Assembly (NCBI GenBank): GCA_018715725.1
Contig: DVLD01000012.1
Coordinates: forward strand, 113-64,112
Reading direction: 5' to 3'
Origin: Candidatus Aveggerthella excrementigallinarum
Lineage (GTDB): Bacteria > Actinomycetota > Coriobacteriia > Coriobacteriales > Eggerthellaceae
DNA: 64,000 bases
The notes under the pieces were generated by a model. The model saw only the letters and a program-made list of their open reading frames with translations. It did no database searches and was not told the DNA's origin. Made by a program: the position numbers and the translations under genes. The number at the start of each line of letters is the position of its first letter. The stretch's first letter is position 1. Positions 1 through 7,928 of this stretch are shown here, in pieces.

Positions 1-52
1 GCCCGGACGCGCTGCCCGCGCGGAGTTTACGAGACTGGTCGATAGAGGGCGC

Positions 53-487
53 CTAGTCGAGCGCCATGATCTTCTCGACGCGGCCAGCGTGGCGACCGCC
101 ACCGAAGTCGGTCGTGAGGAAGGTGCGCAGAATCTCTTCGTTGACCTCGGGCTCGACGAAACGGCCGGAGAGCGTGATGACGTTCGCGTCGTTGTGCTCG
201 CGGCAGAGCGCGGCGAACTGCGGCGTGATGATGTTCGCGGCGCGCACGCCCGCGATCTTGTCCGCAGCGAGCGCCATGCCAATGCCCGTGCCGCACACGA
301 GCACGCCGCGGTCGGCGCGGCCTTCCGCCACGTCTTTCGCCACCGGCACGGCGTAGTCCGGGTAGTCCACGCGGTCGTCGGTGGCAGGGCCGTGGTCGCA
401 CACTTCGTGGCCCAGGCCCTCAAGGAACGCGCGCAGGTGCTCTTTCTGCTCGAACCCGGCGTGGTCGCTGGCGATGCTGATCTTCAT
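53..487 (-). CDS. rpiB: Ribose-5-phosphate isomerase B (RpiB/LacAB family)
   Basis: MKISIASDHAG, DYPD, VCGTGIGM, EHNDANV and FGGGRHAGRV motifs; start taken at ATG 487 after an AAGGA RBS. Confidence 0.95.
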   Translation of the reverse strand: MKISIASDHAGFEQKEHLRAFLEGLGHEVCDHGPATDDRVDYPDYAVPVAKDVAEGRADRGVLVCGTGIGMALAADKIAGVRAANIITPQFAALCREHNDANVITLSGRFVEPEVNEEILRTFLTTDFGGGRHAGRVEKIMALD

Positions 488-605
488 GAATCCCCGTCCT
501 TTCGGTCTGCTTGCTTCCGCTACTGTGGACCGATTGCGCCCCGCGCGCAAGATGCCGCGGCGAATCAGCGCGAGGAAACCGCCAGTTCAGTCTTTTTCGG
601 CGCCT

Positions 606-1208
606 TCAGCACAGCGCCGCGATGTCCTTGATAGTGATAGCGCCTTCGCGCACGACGGTCGGGTGGTCCTTCGTGCAGTCCAGCACGGTGGACGAGACGC
701 CGCTTTTCTCCTCGTCGTCGTCCAGGAATGCGGCCACCTGGTCGAGCAGCTCGGGGTCGACTTCGTCGAACGACTGCGGCGGCGTGCAGCCGGAGAAATT
801 GGCCGACGTGGTGGCGAGCGGCGCGCCCACGCGCTCGATGAGCTCGAGCACCGTGCGGTTGTCCGGCATGCGCAGGCCGATGGTGCCCTCCTGCGAGCGG
901 AACGCGGGCGGCACCTTCTCGCTCGCGTTCACGATGAGCGTGAGCGGCCCTGGCCAGAACGTCCGCGCGATCGCGCGCGCGAAGTCCGGCACACCGCTGC
1001 CATAGCGCTCCAGTTCGTCCACCGACCCCACGAGCCAGGCGACCGGCTTGCCGTGCGGGCGCCGTTTGATGTCGAAGAGGACGTCCGGGGCCTCCGCGCG
1101 CCCCACGGCGACGCCGATGCCGTAGACCGTCTCGGTCGGGTAGACGGCAGGCTTGCCCGCCGCGAGCGCGGCTGCCGTCTGCGCCATCTGGGGGTTGTCG
1201 TATGCCAT
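606..1208 (-). CDS. tsaC: L-threonylcarbamoyladenylate synthase (TsaC/Sua5/YrdC family)
   Basis: PTETVYG, KRRP, FWPGPLT, LATTSANFSG and SSTVLD motifs; ATG 1208 with GAAGGAG RBS. The N-terminal part of the track ORF 606..1877 is a shadow of the upstream gene. Confidence 0.93.
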   Translation of the reverse strand: MAYDNPQMAQTAAALAAGKPAVYPTETVYGIGVAVGRAEAPDVLFDIKRRPHGKPVAWLVGSVDELERYGSGVPDFARAIARTFWPGPLTLIVNASEKVPPAFRSQEGTIGLRMPDNRTVLELIERVGAPLATTSANFSGCTPPQSFDEVDPELLDQVAAFLDDDEEKSGVSSTVLDCTKDHPTVVREGAITIKDIAALC

Positions 1209-1218
1209 AAGGACTCCT

Positions 1219-1992
1219 TCAACACCGCGGTGACCGGCCGCGACCTGCGCTTTTCTGCTCAAGGCGCATTGTAGCACGCACAGGATACTGCCCTTCGCCC
1301 ACCAAGGCGTACTTCGCGCGGATGCGCTCCAGCTTGCGCCGCCACGGCGCCCAGATGACGAGCAGGAACGCCACCGTCGCCACGCCGTGGACCACGTTGA
1401 ACGGCATGCCCGCGCCGTAGGCGAGCAACGCCCCTTGCCAGGTGAGCGGGTTGACGTAGCCGATGACATGCCATGAATCCAGAATGACGCCGTAGAGCAA
1501 CGCCGAGCAGAACCCGTAAACGTACACCGTCGGCCGGAAGCGCTCGAACACGCCCGCGTCGGCCAGCACGCCCGCCAGGTAGCCCACGAGGCCCCAGCCA
1601 TACATCTGCCACGGCGTCCACGGGCCCTGCCCGAAGAAGAAGTTCGAGACGAGCGCCGCAAGCGCGCCCACCATGAAGCCGCACCGCCGGCCGAACACCG
1701 CGCCCGCCAGGATGCAGATCGCCGAGACCGGCTTGCAGTCCGGCAGGGGCGCGAACAGCACACGTCCCGCCGCCGCGATGGCACCGAGCACCACGGCGGG
1801 CATGACCTGGCGCAACCCCGGCTTCGAGCGCTCGAACCCAGCGAACAGCAGGCAGACCGCCGCGACCACCACGGCAAGCGATAGCAGCGCCGCCTGCGCG
1901 AAACCTGATAAAGCAGCGAGCGCGAGGACGACGGGCACCGCCGCCAGCACGATGGCGTCGAGCGCGCGCCCGCCCCGGGAACGCGCGCTCAT
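1219..1992 (-). CDS. ECF transporter S component (probably cobalamin-specific, CbrT-like)
   Basis: Multi-TM protein with P.CKPV, VSNFFFGQGPWTPWQM motifs; ATGA overlap with the upstream ATPase; lies in a B12-riboswitch operon. Confidence 0.85.
   Translation of the reverse strand: MSARSRGGRALDAIVLAAVPVVLALAALSGFAQAALLSLAVVVAAVCLLFAGFERSKPGLRQVMPAVVLGAIAAAGRVLFAPLPDCKPVSAICILAGAVFGRRCGFMVGALAALVSNFFFGQGPWTPWQMYGWGLVGYLAGVLADAGVFERFRPTVYVYGFCSALLYGVILDSWHVIGYVNPLTWQGALLAYGAGMPFNVVHGVATVAFLLVIWAPWRRKLERIRAKYALVGEGQYPVRATMRLEQKSAGRGRSPRC
1268..1276 (-). promoter_or_regulatory. Putative extended -10 promoter (TGCTACAAT) for tsaC, inside the 3' end of the ECF S gene
   Basis: TGn-TACAAT about 60 nt upstream of the tsaC start; the same TGnTAnnnT pattern precedes many genes in this window. 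Confidence 0.55.
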
Positions 1993-3617
1993 CGCGCGCC
2001 CTCCTGCGCCCACAGCCGCGTGAAGCCGTCGGGCTCGGGGCGGAAGAACAGGTTGCCCTCGAAGAACGCCGCCGCCGGCTCGGTGCACGCGTCCTCACCG
2101 TCGAAGAGCATGGTCACCTCGTCGGCAACGAAGGAGACGAAGCTCAGATCGTGCGAGACCATGACGATGGTCGCCCCCCGCTCCCGCTCCGCGCGCAGCG
2201 AACGGGCGACCGCGAGCTTCGACGCGGCGTCAAGGCCTTTCGCCGGCTCGTCGAGCAACAGCAGGCGCGGGCGTGTGAGCAGCACCTTCGCCTCGGCGAG
2301 CAGCTGTTGCTGGCCGCCGCTCAGATCGGACGGATGGCGCTCAAGCAGGCTCTCAAGCCCGAACCGGGCCGCCATGGCGCGCGCCTCGTCCTCGCCGTAG
2401 CGCGCGGGGCCCGCCCATTCCATGAGCTCTTCGCGCACCGTGTCGCACGCGAAGAGCGCGCGGGGGTCCTGCGGCACGAGCGCCTGAGCGTCGCGCAGGG
2501 CGTTGCGCACGCGACCGCGCTCGGGCTTGAGCACGCCGGCCGCCACGCGCAGGGCCGTGGACTTGCCGCAGCCGTTGCCGCCCACGATGGCGTGCACCGT
2601 GCCGGGCGCCGCGCGCAGGCACATACCCGCCAGCACCCACGGCAGGTCGCGCTCGTAGCGGAACGAGACCTCGCGCAACTCAAGAGCGGGGCTCGACGAG
2701 CGCACCACAGCGGCAGGCGCGCGCGGAGAAGAGGCCAGCACGTGCGCAACAGCCTCCTCGCCACCGCGCGCAGGCGTCGCCGTCGTGCCCGTCGCGTCTT
2801 CCGCCGCGAGGGTTTCGCCCCTACACGCCATATCGCCCCCTCCCGACGCAGACTGCGGCAGGAACTCTTCGAGGCGGGCGGGCGCGATGCGGCCTTCCTC
2901 CAGGCGAACCGCCGCGGTGGCGTACGCCGCCGCCGACTCGGGGGCGTGCGTGGCCATCACGACCGTGATGCCGCATTCGCGGTTCACGCGGAAGAGCGCA
3001 TGCAGGAAGTTTTTCGCCGCCACCGGGTCGAGCTGTCCCGTCGGCTCGTCGAGCAAGAGGACGCGCGGTCGCAGCGCCAGGGCGGAGGCAAGGTTCAACA
3101 GCTGCTTCTGCCCGCCGGAGAGATTCGCCGTCTCCCGCCCGAACCATGGCTCGATGCCGAAGAAGTGCGCCACCTCCGCCACGCGCCGACGCATGAGCGC
3201 CGGCGGCGTGCCCGCGTTCTCGAGCCCGAAGGCGAGCTCGTGCCACACCGTGTCGCACACGATCTGCGTCTCGGGGTTCTGCGCCACGTAGCCGATCAGC
3301 TGCGAGGCGGGCGCTTCGCGAGCGGCATCGGCGGCAGGGGCGGCTGCGGCGTCTTCGACGTCTTCGGCGTCTTCGGAGGCGTCGTTGGCGCCTTCGCCGT
3401 ATAGCGAACGGCCGAACGCGCGAACCTCGCCCGACCGCTCCCCCGCCACCGCAAGCTCGGGCTTGGCGCAGCGCAACAACGTCGTCTTGCCCGAGCCGGT
3501 GGCGCCTACCAGGATGACGAACGCGCCTGCCGGAACGCGCCAGTCGACGGCGCGCAGCACCGGCGCGTCGGCCCCTGGATACGCGTACGAGAAGCCTTGA
3601 AAGCTCAGCGCGTCCAT
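1989..3617 (-). CDS. ECF/ABC ATPase with two fused nucleotide-binding domains
   Basis: Walker A GATGSGKT and GGNGCGKS, signatures LSGGQKQ and LSGGQQQ, Walker B LLLDEP twice; start MDALSF at 3617. Confidence 0.9.
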   Translation of the reverse strand: MDALSFQGFSYAYPGADAPVLRAVDWRVPAGAFVILVGATGSGKTTLLRCAKPELAVAGERSGEVRAFGRSLYGEGANDASEDAEDVEDAAAAPAADAAREAPASQLIGYVAQNPETQIVCDTVWHELAFGLENAGTPPALMRRRVAEVAHFFGIEPWFGRETANLSGGQKQLLNLASALALRPRVLLLDEPTGQLDPVAAKNFLHALFRVNRECGITVVMATHAPESAAAYATAAVRLEEGRIAPARLEEFLPQSASGGGDMACRGETLAAEDATGTTATPARGGEEAVAHVLASSPRAPAAVVRSSSPALELREVSFRYERDLPWVLAGMCLRAAPGTVHAIVGGNGCGKSTALRVAAGVLKPERGRVRNALRDAQALVPQDPRALFACDTVREELMEWAGPARYGEDEARAMAARFGLESLLERHPSDLSGGQQQLLAEAKVLLTRPRLLLLDEPAKGLDAASKLAVARSLRAERERGATIVMVSHDLSFVSFVADEVTMLFDGEDACTEPAAAFFEGNLFFRPEPDGFTRLWAQEGAR

Positions 3618-4456
3618 CGCAGCGCCTCCTCTCCCCGCGCAATGAACGGGAACAGCAGAAATGCCGCATACACGGCGTAGCCCCACCACCAGTGCAGCGG
3701 GTCCATGGTGGGATAGAACCGATACGTGGAAGCAGCGGCCCACGCGACAGCGAACGCCGCGACGGCGAGCGCCGCAAGCAGCGCCGCGAGCGCAGCGTCG
3801 TGCGAGGTGAAGCGCCCGCGACGGTAGCGCGTGCGCCTCCGTCCGCTCTGCCACCCGCGCGCACGCATGGCGTCGGCCGTCTCGAGCGAATCCTCCATGC
3901 TCCATTCCATCAGCACGGACGTCTGGCGCACGCGCGCCGCGAAATCCCGCGCGCCCGCGCGCGCGACCGTGCACGCGTCGTGCGCAGCAGCGATCTCGCG
4001 CCCGCGGTCGACGAAGTGCGGCACCAAGCGCAGCGCCATGGACACCATGAGCGAGACCGTGGGCAAGCGGTTGCCCAGGACGGCCATGACCTTGTCGGAC
4101 GTGAGCACGCGCGCGGCGTTCGAGAACCACGCGATGACCGCGGCGAGCATGAGGCCCATGACCGCGCCGTAGCAGAGGCTTTCCAGGTAGACCGCGCGCA
4201 GGCCGATGCGGAAGAGCTCGGTGGACCCCGACGCGGAGAACAGCGGGTTCGCCACCGCGACGAGCAGGACGAGCGGAATCTGCCAGCACAGGGAGCGAAG
4301 CGTTCGGAGCCAGCCGCGCAGCAGCACGCCGCACGACAGCGCCGCAGCCAGCGAGATGACCGTGAGCACCGGCTGCACGGCCGCCATGGTGAGCGCGAGC
4401 GCCGCCGCGAAGAACGCGGCGGGCACGGCTGGATGGCACGAGTCGAGCGCCGTTAC
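3605..4456 (-). CDS. ECF transporter T component (CbiQ/EcfT); start uncertain
   Basis: HPAV N-terminus, ANPLFS, MALRLVP and MRARG motifs. Family-like sequence begins at a GTA codon (4456); the next in-frame ATG is 4387. Confidence 0.8.
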   Translation of the reverse strand, partial: VTALDSCHPAVPAAFFAAALALTMAAVQPVLTVISLAAALSCGVLLRGWLRTLRSLCWQIPLVLLVAVANPLFSASGSTELFRIGLRAVYLESLCYGAVMGLMLAAVIAWFSNAARVLTSDKVMAVLGNRLPTVSLMVSMALRLVPHFVDRGREIAAAHDACTVARAGARDFAARVRQTSVLMEWSMEDSLETADAMRARGWQSGRRRTRYRRGRFTSHDAALAALLAALAVAAFAVAWAAASTYRFYPTMDPLHWWWGYAVYAAFLLFPFIARGEEALRWTR

Positions 4457-4554
4457 GCGACGCTCAGGGCGTAGCTGATCACCACGCCCAAGCCGCCGAC
4501 GACCGCGATGATCGCCATCACGACGGCCACGATCGGATTCTTGAAGAAGCCCAT
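4453..4554 (-). CDS. 33-aa single-TM small protein MGFFKNPIVAVVMAIIAVVGGLGVVISYALSVA
   Basis: Strong RBS (GAAAGGAA) before the ATG, GC3-rich codons, one hydrophobic helix, stop abuts the EcfT N-terminus. Confidence 0.7.
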   Translation of the reverse strand: MGFFKNPIVAVVMAIIAVVGGLGVVISYALSVA

Positions 4555-4583
4555 CGACGTTTCCTTTCGCTTCGTACTGCGCC

Positions 4584-4592
4584 ACCATAGCA
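4584..4592 (-). promoter_or_regulatory. Putative internal extended -10 (TGCTATGGT) upstream of the small protein and ECF module
   Basis: TGn-TATGGT about 30 nt upstream of ATG 4554. Confidence 0.45.
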
Positions 4593-4595
4593 CGC

Positions 4596-5585
4596 CTAGC
4601 CCACCGTGGTGTAGAACCATTTCACGACGTCGCCCGGCTGCACCGTGCACGCGCTGGCAGACACCATGACCACCTCGCCGTTCACGCTGTACTTCCAGCC
4701 GCTTTGCGAACCATGGTCCTTCTCCGCCAGGCCCCCGACAGCGCTCACGTAGACGCCGAACGCCGAGCTCTCGGCGTTGTACGGCAGCCCCGTCTCCACC
4801 AGGACGTCGAAGACGGTCATGCCCTCCCGGTACTCAACCGTGCCCTCGAAGGAGACGCCGCCTCCCACGGACGAGGAGTCCACCTGCACGGTGACGGTCT
4901 GCACGGCCGGCTCCTCCGCGGGCGGGACCTGCGGGGATTCCGGCTGCTGGCTGTCGGAAGGAACGACGCCGCTCGATTCCGAAGGCGCGCCGCCCGAAGC
5001 CCCCTCACCGCTCGGAGCGCTCGAGCCGCTCGCGCCGCCCGCAGCGTGTGCGCCCGGCCGCACGCCCCCCGGCGTCGCGCCGGCCGAGCCGTCGTTCGCG
5101 CCCGCGCCTGCGTCGGCAGCGCCCTGCGCAACGTTGCCTTGCGCGCTGCCCGCCGCACCCGCCGCCGCGCTGCCAGAGGAATCCGCAGCCTGCTCGTTCG
5201 CTTGCTCGCTCTTTTCGTCCGTCGTGGATTCGGAGGGCTCTGCCTCCCTCCGCTCGTCCGCAGCCTGCGCCGCGGCAAAGGACACCTCCGCGCTATCCGC
5301 GCCAGACGAGGGCGCGCCGCCCTGCGCGAGCGCGATGCCCACCGCGACGGCGGCGACGACCGCCGCCGCGCCGATGACCGCGCCCCATCGGAGGGCGCGG
5401 CGCTTGGAGGACGGCGCCGCCTCGTCCGGCGAGCCGGATTCTTCGCGAGAATCCTCCGTCGCGGCCTCGGCAGCGTCTGCCAAGGCGCTGTCGCCCGCAG
5501 GCGCCTCGTCCTCCCGCGCGCCCCCGAACGTCACCACGCGCTCATCGCGCGGTGCGGAGGTGCTATTCGATTCGTCTTTTGCCAT
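4596..5585 (-). CDS. Membrane-anchored DUF4430 (transcobalamin-like C-terminal domain) protein
   Basis: N-terminal TM, long A/S/G/E linker, C-terminal TVFDVL...YVSAVGGLAEKDHGSQSGWKYSVNG...GDVVKWFYT; AAAGGAG RBS. Confidence 0.8.
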   Translation of the reverse strand: MAKDESNSTSAPRDERVVTFGGAREDEAPAGDSALADAAEAATEDSREESGSPDEAAPSSKRRALRWGAVIGAAAVVAAVAVGIALAQGGAPSSGADSAEVSFAAAQAADERREAEPSESTTDEKSEQANEQAADSSGSAAAGAAGSAQGNVAQGAADAGAGANDGSAGATPGGVRPGAHAAGGASGSSAPSGEGASGGAPSESSGVVPSDSQQPESPQVPPAEEPAVQTVTVQVDSSSVGGGVSFEGTVEYREGMTVFDVLVETGLPYNAESSAFGVYVSAVGGLAEKDHGSQSGWKYSVNGEVVMVSASACTVQPGDVVKWFYTTVG

Positions 5586-5651
5586 GAAATCCGCTCCTTT
5601 GCACAGGTGGGCGCCCCGCAGGACGCCCACCTCCAACCGTTTAAAGCCCGC

Positions 5652-7598
5652 TTACCCGATCACCTCGAGCGTCTTCACGATCATTTTCGCCATCATGGCG
5701 CGGTTGGCGCCACTCTGCGGATTGAGCTGCGGCGTATCCGTCGTCAGGTCACCGGACAGAATGCCGTTCGCGCAGCACCACACGAGGCCTTCGCGCGCCC
5801 AATCGGACGCCAGTTCCGAGCCGCCCATGCCCTCGAACGCCGCTGGGTCGGCTGCGGAGATGACCGCACCGCCCTCTTCGGCGGCATACTGCGCGAGCAT
5901 CTTCGCTAGCTGCTCGCGCGTGACCGGATCGTTCGGGCCGAACAGGTTCGTGTCGCCATAGCCCGACACGATGCCCTCCGCGCGCGCCCAGCTCACGGCG
6001 TCGTGGTAGAACGCGTCCTCGGCGACGTCGGAGAACGGGTAGGCCTGTCCCGCCCCGGGTTCTCCCGCCGCGCGATACAGCACCGCGACCACTTCGCCGC
6101 GCGTGATGCCGTCCCACGGACGGAACAGCCCCTCGTAGCCCTGCATGAGCCCCCGGGAGACAACGCGCTCGAGCATGCCCTCCTGCACGACCCAGTCGGT
6201 TGACGCAACGTCGGCAAACCCGCACGTCACGTCGTGCGAGAGGGCGAACAGCGTGCCGGAATCGTTCGCGTAGAACAGGCGGCCTTCGCCGTCCGCGGCG
6301 GGAGACGCCATGCAGTAGTTCTGGTCTTCGACCGCCGGCTCGAACACCGTGAACGCGGCGGGCGCACCGTCACCCAGGCGCACGCCATAGAGCGCGCCCG
6401 GCGTGGTGTTGCAGGTGAAGTAGGCGTGCCACAGGCCGTCGGCGCCCTGCGCCACAACCGGCGCGCTCTTCACGTCGCCCGCGGCAGCATGCTTCGCGAC
6501 GATGGTCATGGCACTCAGGTCGACCTCAGCGAGCACGCCCGTGTAGTCGGCCTCGGAACCGCCCACGACCGCCACGCCGTCCACGACGGCCGGCGTGCCC
6601 GTGCTCGAGGCGGCGAACTGCACGCGACCAGCCACGGCGATGGAGCCATCCGCCGCAATGGACGCCTTCACGAGCTCGCCCGCGGTCGTGGAGAACACGA
6701 CCTCGTTCTCGCCGCACGGCACGATCTTCGAGCGAACGCGCGCGTCCTGGGCGACCACGGTCTCGGACAACTCCTCGCCCGTGGCGAAGTCGACGACGCG
6801 CAGCGCGCCGTTGTCCAGGCCAACGACCACCATGCCGTTCACGACCGCGGCGCCACCCCAATACGAGCCGTCCTCGTCATCGTTCAGACGCCACCTAAGA
6901 TCGCCCGTCTGCGCGTCCACGCGCACCAAGGTCGATGCGGCGGCGGTCCAGTCCGCGCTCAGCTCGGCGGACGTGTGGACGAAGCAGCCGTCGCACGCCG
7001 CCACGCTGTTCAGGCTCTGCGCGCTGTCGGCCAGGCCGGACTCGACGAACCAGCGCGGTTCCAGCGTGTCGGCCGCCACGCCCAGCAGCCCGCCTCCCGA
7101 AACCGGAATGGCGATGATGCCGTCGGCATAGGCCATGCGGCATGCGGAGTCGATAGCATACGGCAGATCCCACGTTTTCTTGAGCTCGCCGGTCTGGGCG
7201 TCGTAGGCGCGCAATACGGCGTTCGTCACCGTGCTGCCCGCTTCGGTCCAGACCGAGTCGCTTTCAGCGACGTACACCAGACCGTCCACGACAAGCAGGT
7301 TGGACACGTTGGCGAAGCCGCCTTCGGTGCGCAGCAAGTCCTGTTCCCAGGACAGCTCGGCGCTTTCCTGCGCCAGCGGCAGCGCGCCCGTCGTCACGCC
7401 AGCGGCGTCACCGCCAAACGAGCCCCACGCCACGTTGTCGGAGGCAGCGAGCGGCGCATCGGATGCGCTTTCGGCGCCGCCGTTCACCGTCCCCTCGTCA
7501 GCCGCGAACGCGAGCGTCGGGCAGAGCCCGAACGCCAACGCCACCGCAAGCGCCCACGCCAGCACGACATGCTGGCGCGAAACCAGTTGGTTTTTCAT
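5652..7598 (-). CDS. Secreted PQQ-like beta-propeller protein with C-terminal SLH domains
   Basis: Signal peptide ending AFA; propeller-blade repeats (AYDAQTGE, VDAQTGDLRW, VDFATGE); SLH motifs ITRGE, VTREQ, ANRAM and F.DV. Confidence 0.85.
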   Translation of the reverse strand: MKNQLVSRQHVVLAWALAVALAFGLCPTLAFAADEGTVNGGAESASDAPLAASDNVAWGSFGGDAAGVTTGALPLAQESAELSWEQDLLRTEGGFANVSNLLVVDGLVYVAESDSVWTEAGSTVTNAVLRAYDAQTGELKKTWDLPYAIDSACRMAYADGIIAIPVSGGGLLGVAADTLEPRWFVESGLADSAQSLNSVAACDGCFVHTSAELSADWTAAASTLVRVDAQTGDLRWRLNDDEDGSYWGGAAVVNGMVVVGLDNGALRVVDFATGEELSETVVAQDARVRSKIVPCGENEVVFSTTAGELVKASIAADGSIAVAGRVQFAASSTGTPAVVDGVAVVGGSEADYTGVLAEVDLSAMTIVAKHAAAGDVKSAPVVAQGADGLWHAYFTCNTTPGALYGVRLGDGAPAAFTVFEPAVEDQNYCMASPAADGEGRLFYANDSGTLFALSHDVTCGFADVASTDWVVQEGMLERVVSRGLMQGYEGLFRPWDGITRGEVVAVLYRAAGEPGAGQAYPFSDVAEDAFYHDAVSWARAEGIVSGYGDTNLFGPNDPVTREQLAKMLAQYAAEEGGAVISAADPAAFEGMGGSELASDWAREGLVWCCANGILSGDLTTDTPQLNPQSGANRAMMAKMIVKTLEVIG

Positions 7599-7624
7599 GG
7601 GAGTTCACCTTTCTTCCAGAGCAT

Positions 7625-7845
7625 CGTGACGACAGGTGTTCCGACTTCGTCGCGCAATTCGGTCGTATCGGAGTGGTCGGCAGCGGGCCATCATGCCCGA
7701 CCGTCGCGCATCCGATTAGAGCCGCGTGCTCGCGACGGCGGGCAGCCCGCCTCGCCGTCGCGCGATCCATACGGTTACTGGCATAGCGCGGGATTCTCAC
7801 CCGCATTCCCCTGGCGGCGCTTCGCCGCTCGCTTCTCGATCGTCG
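7625..7845 (-). ncRNA. Cobalamin riboswitch (atypical peripheral region)
   Basis: Minus strand reads AGGGGAAUGCGGGUGAGAAUCCCGCGCUAUGCCAGUAACCGUA...AAGUCGGAACACCUG, matching the B12-element core and B12 box; upstream of DUF4430/ECF genes; TGCTAGAAT -10 at 7864-7872. Confidence 0.8.
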
Positions 7846-7928
7846 ATGCCATTCGGCGTGCACATTCTAGCACGCGCATCCATCGCGCGCGAACGGCGCA
7901 CGCCCACGTCAAGCGCCCTCAAACCCGC

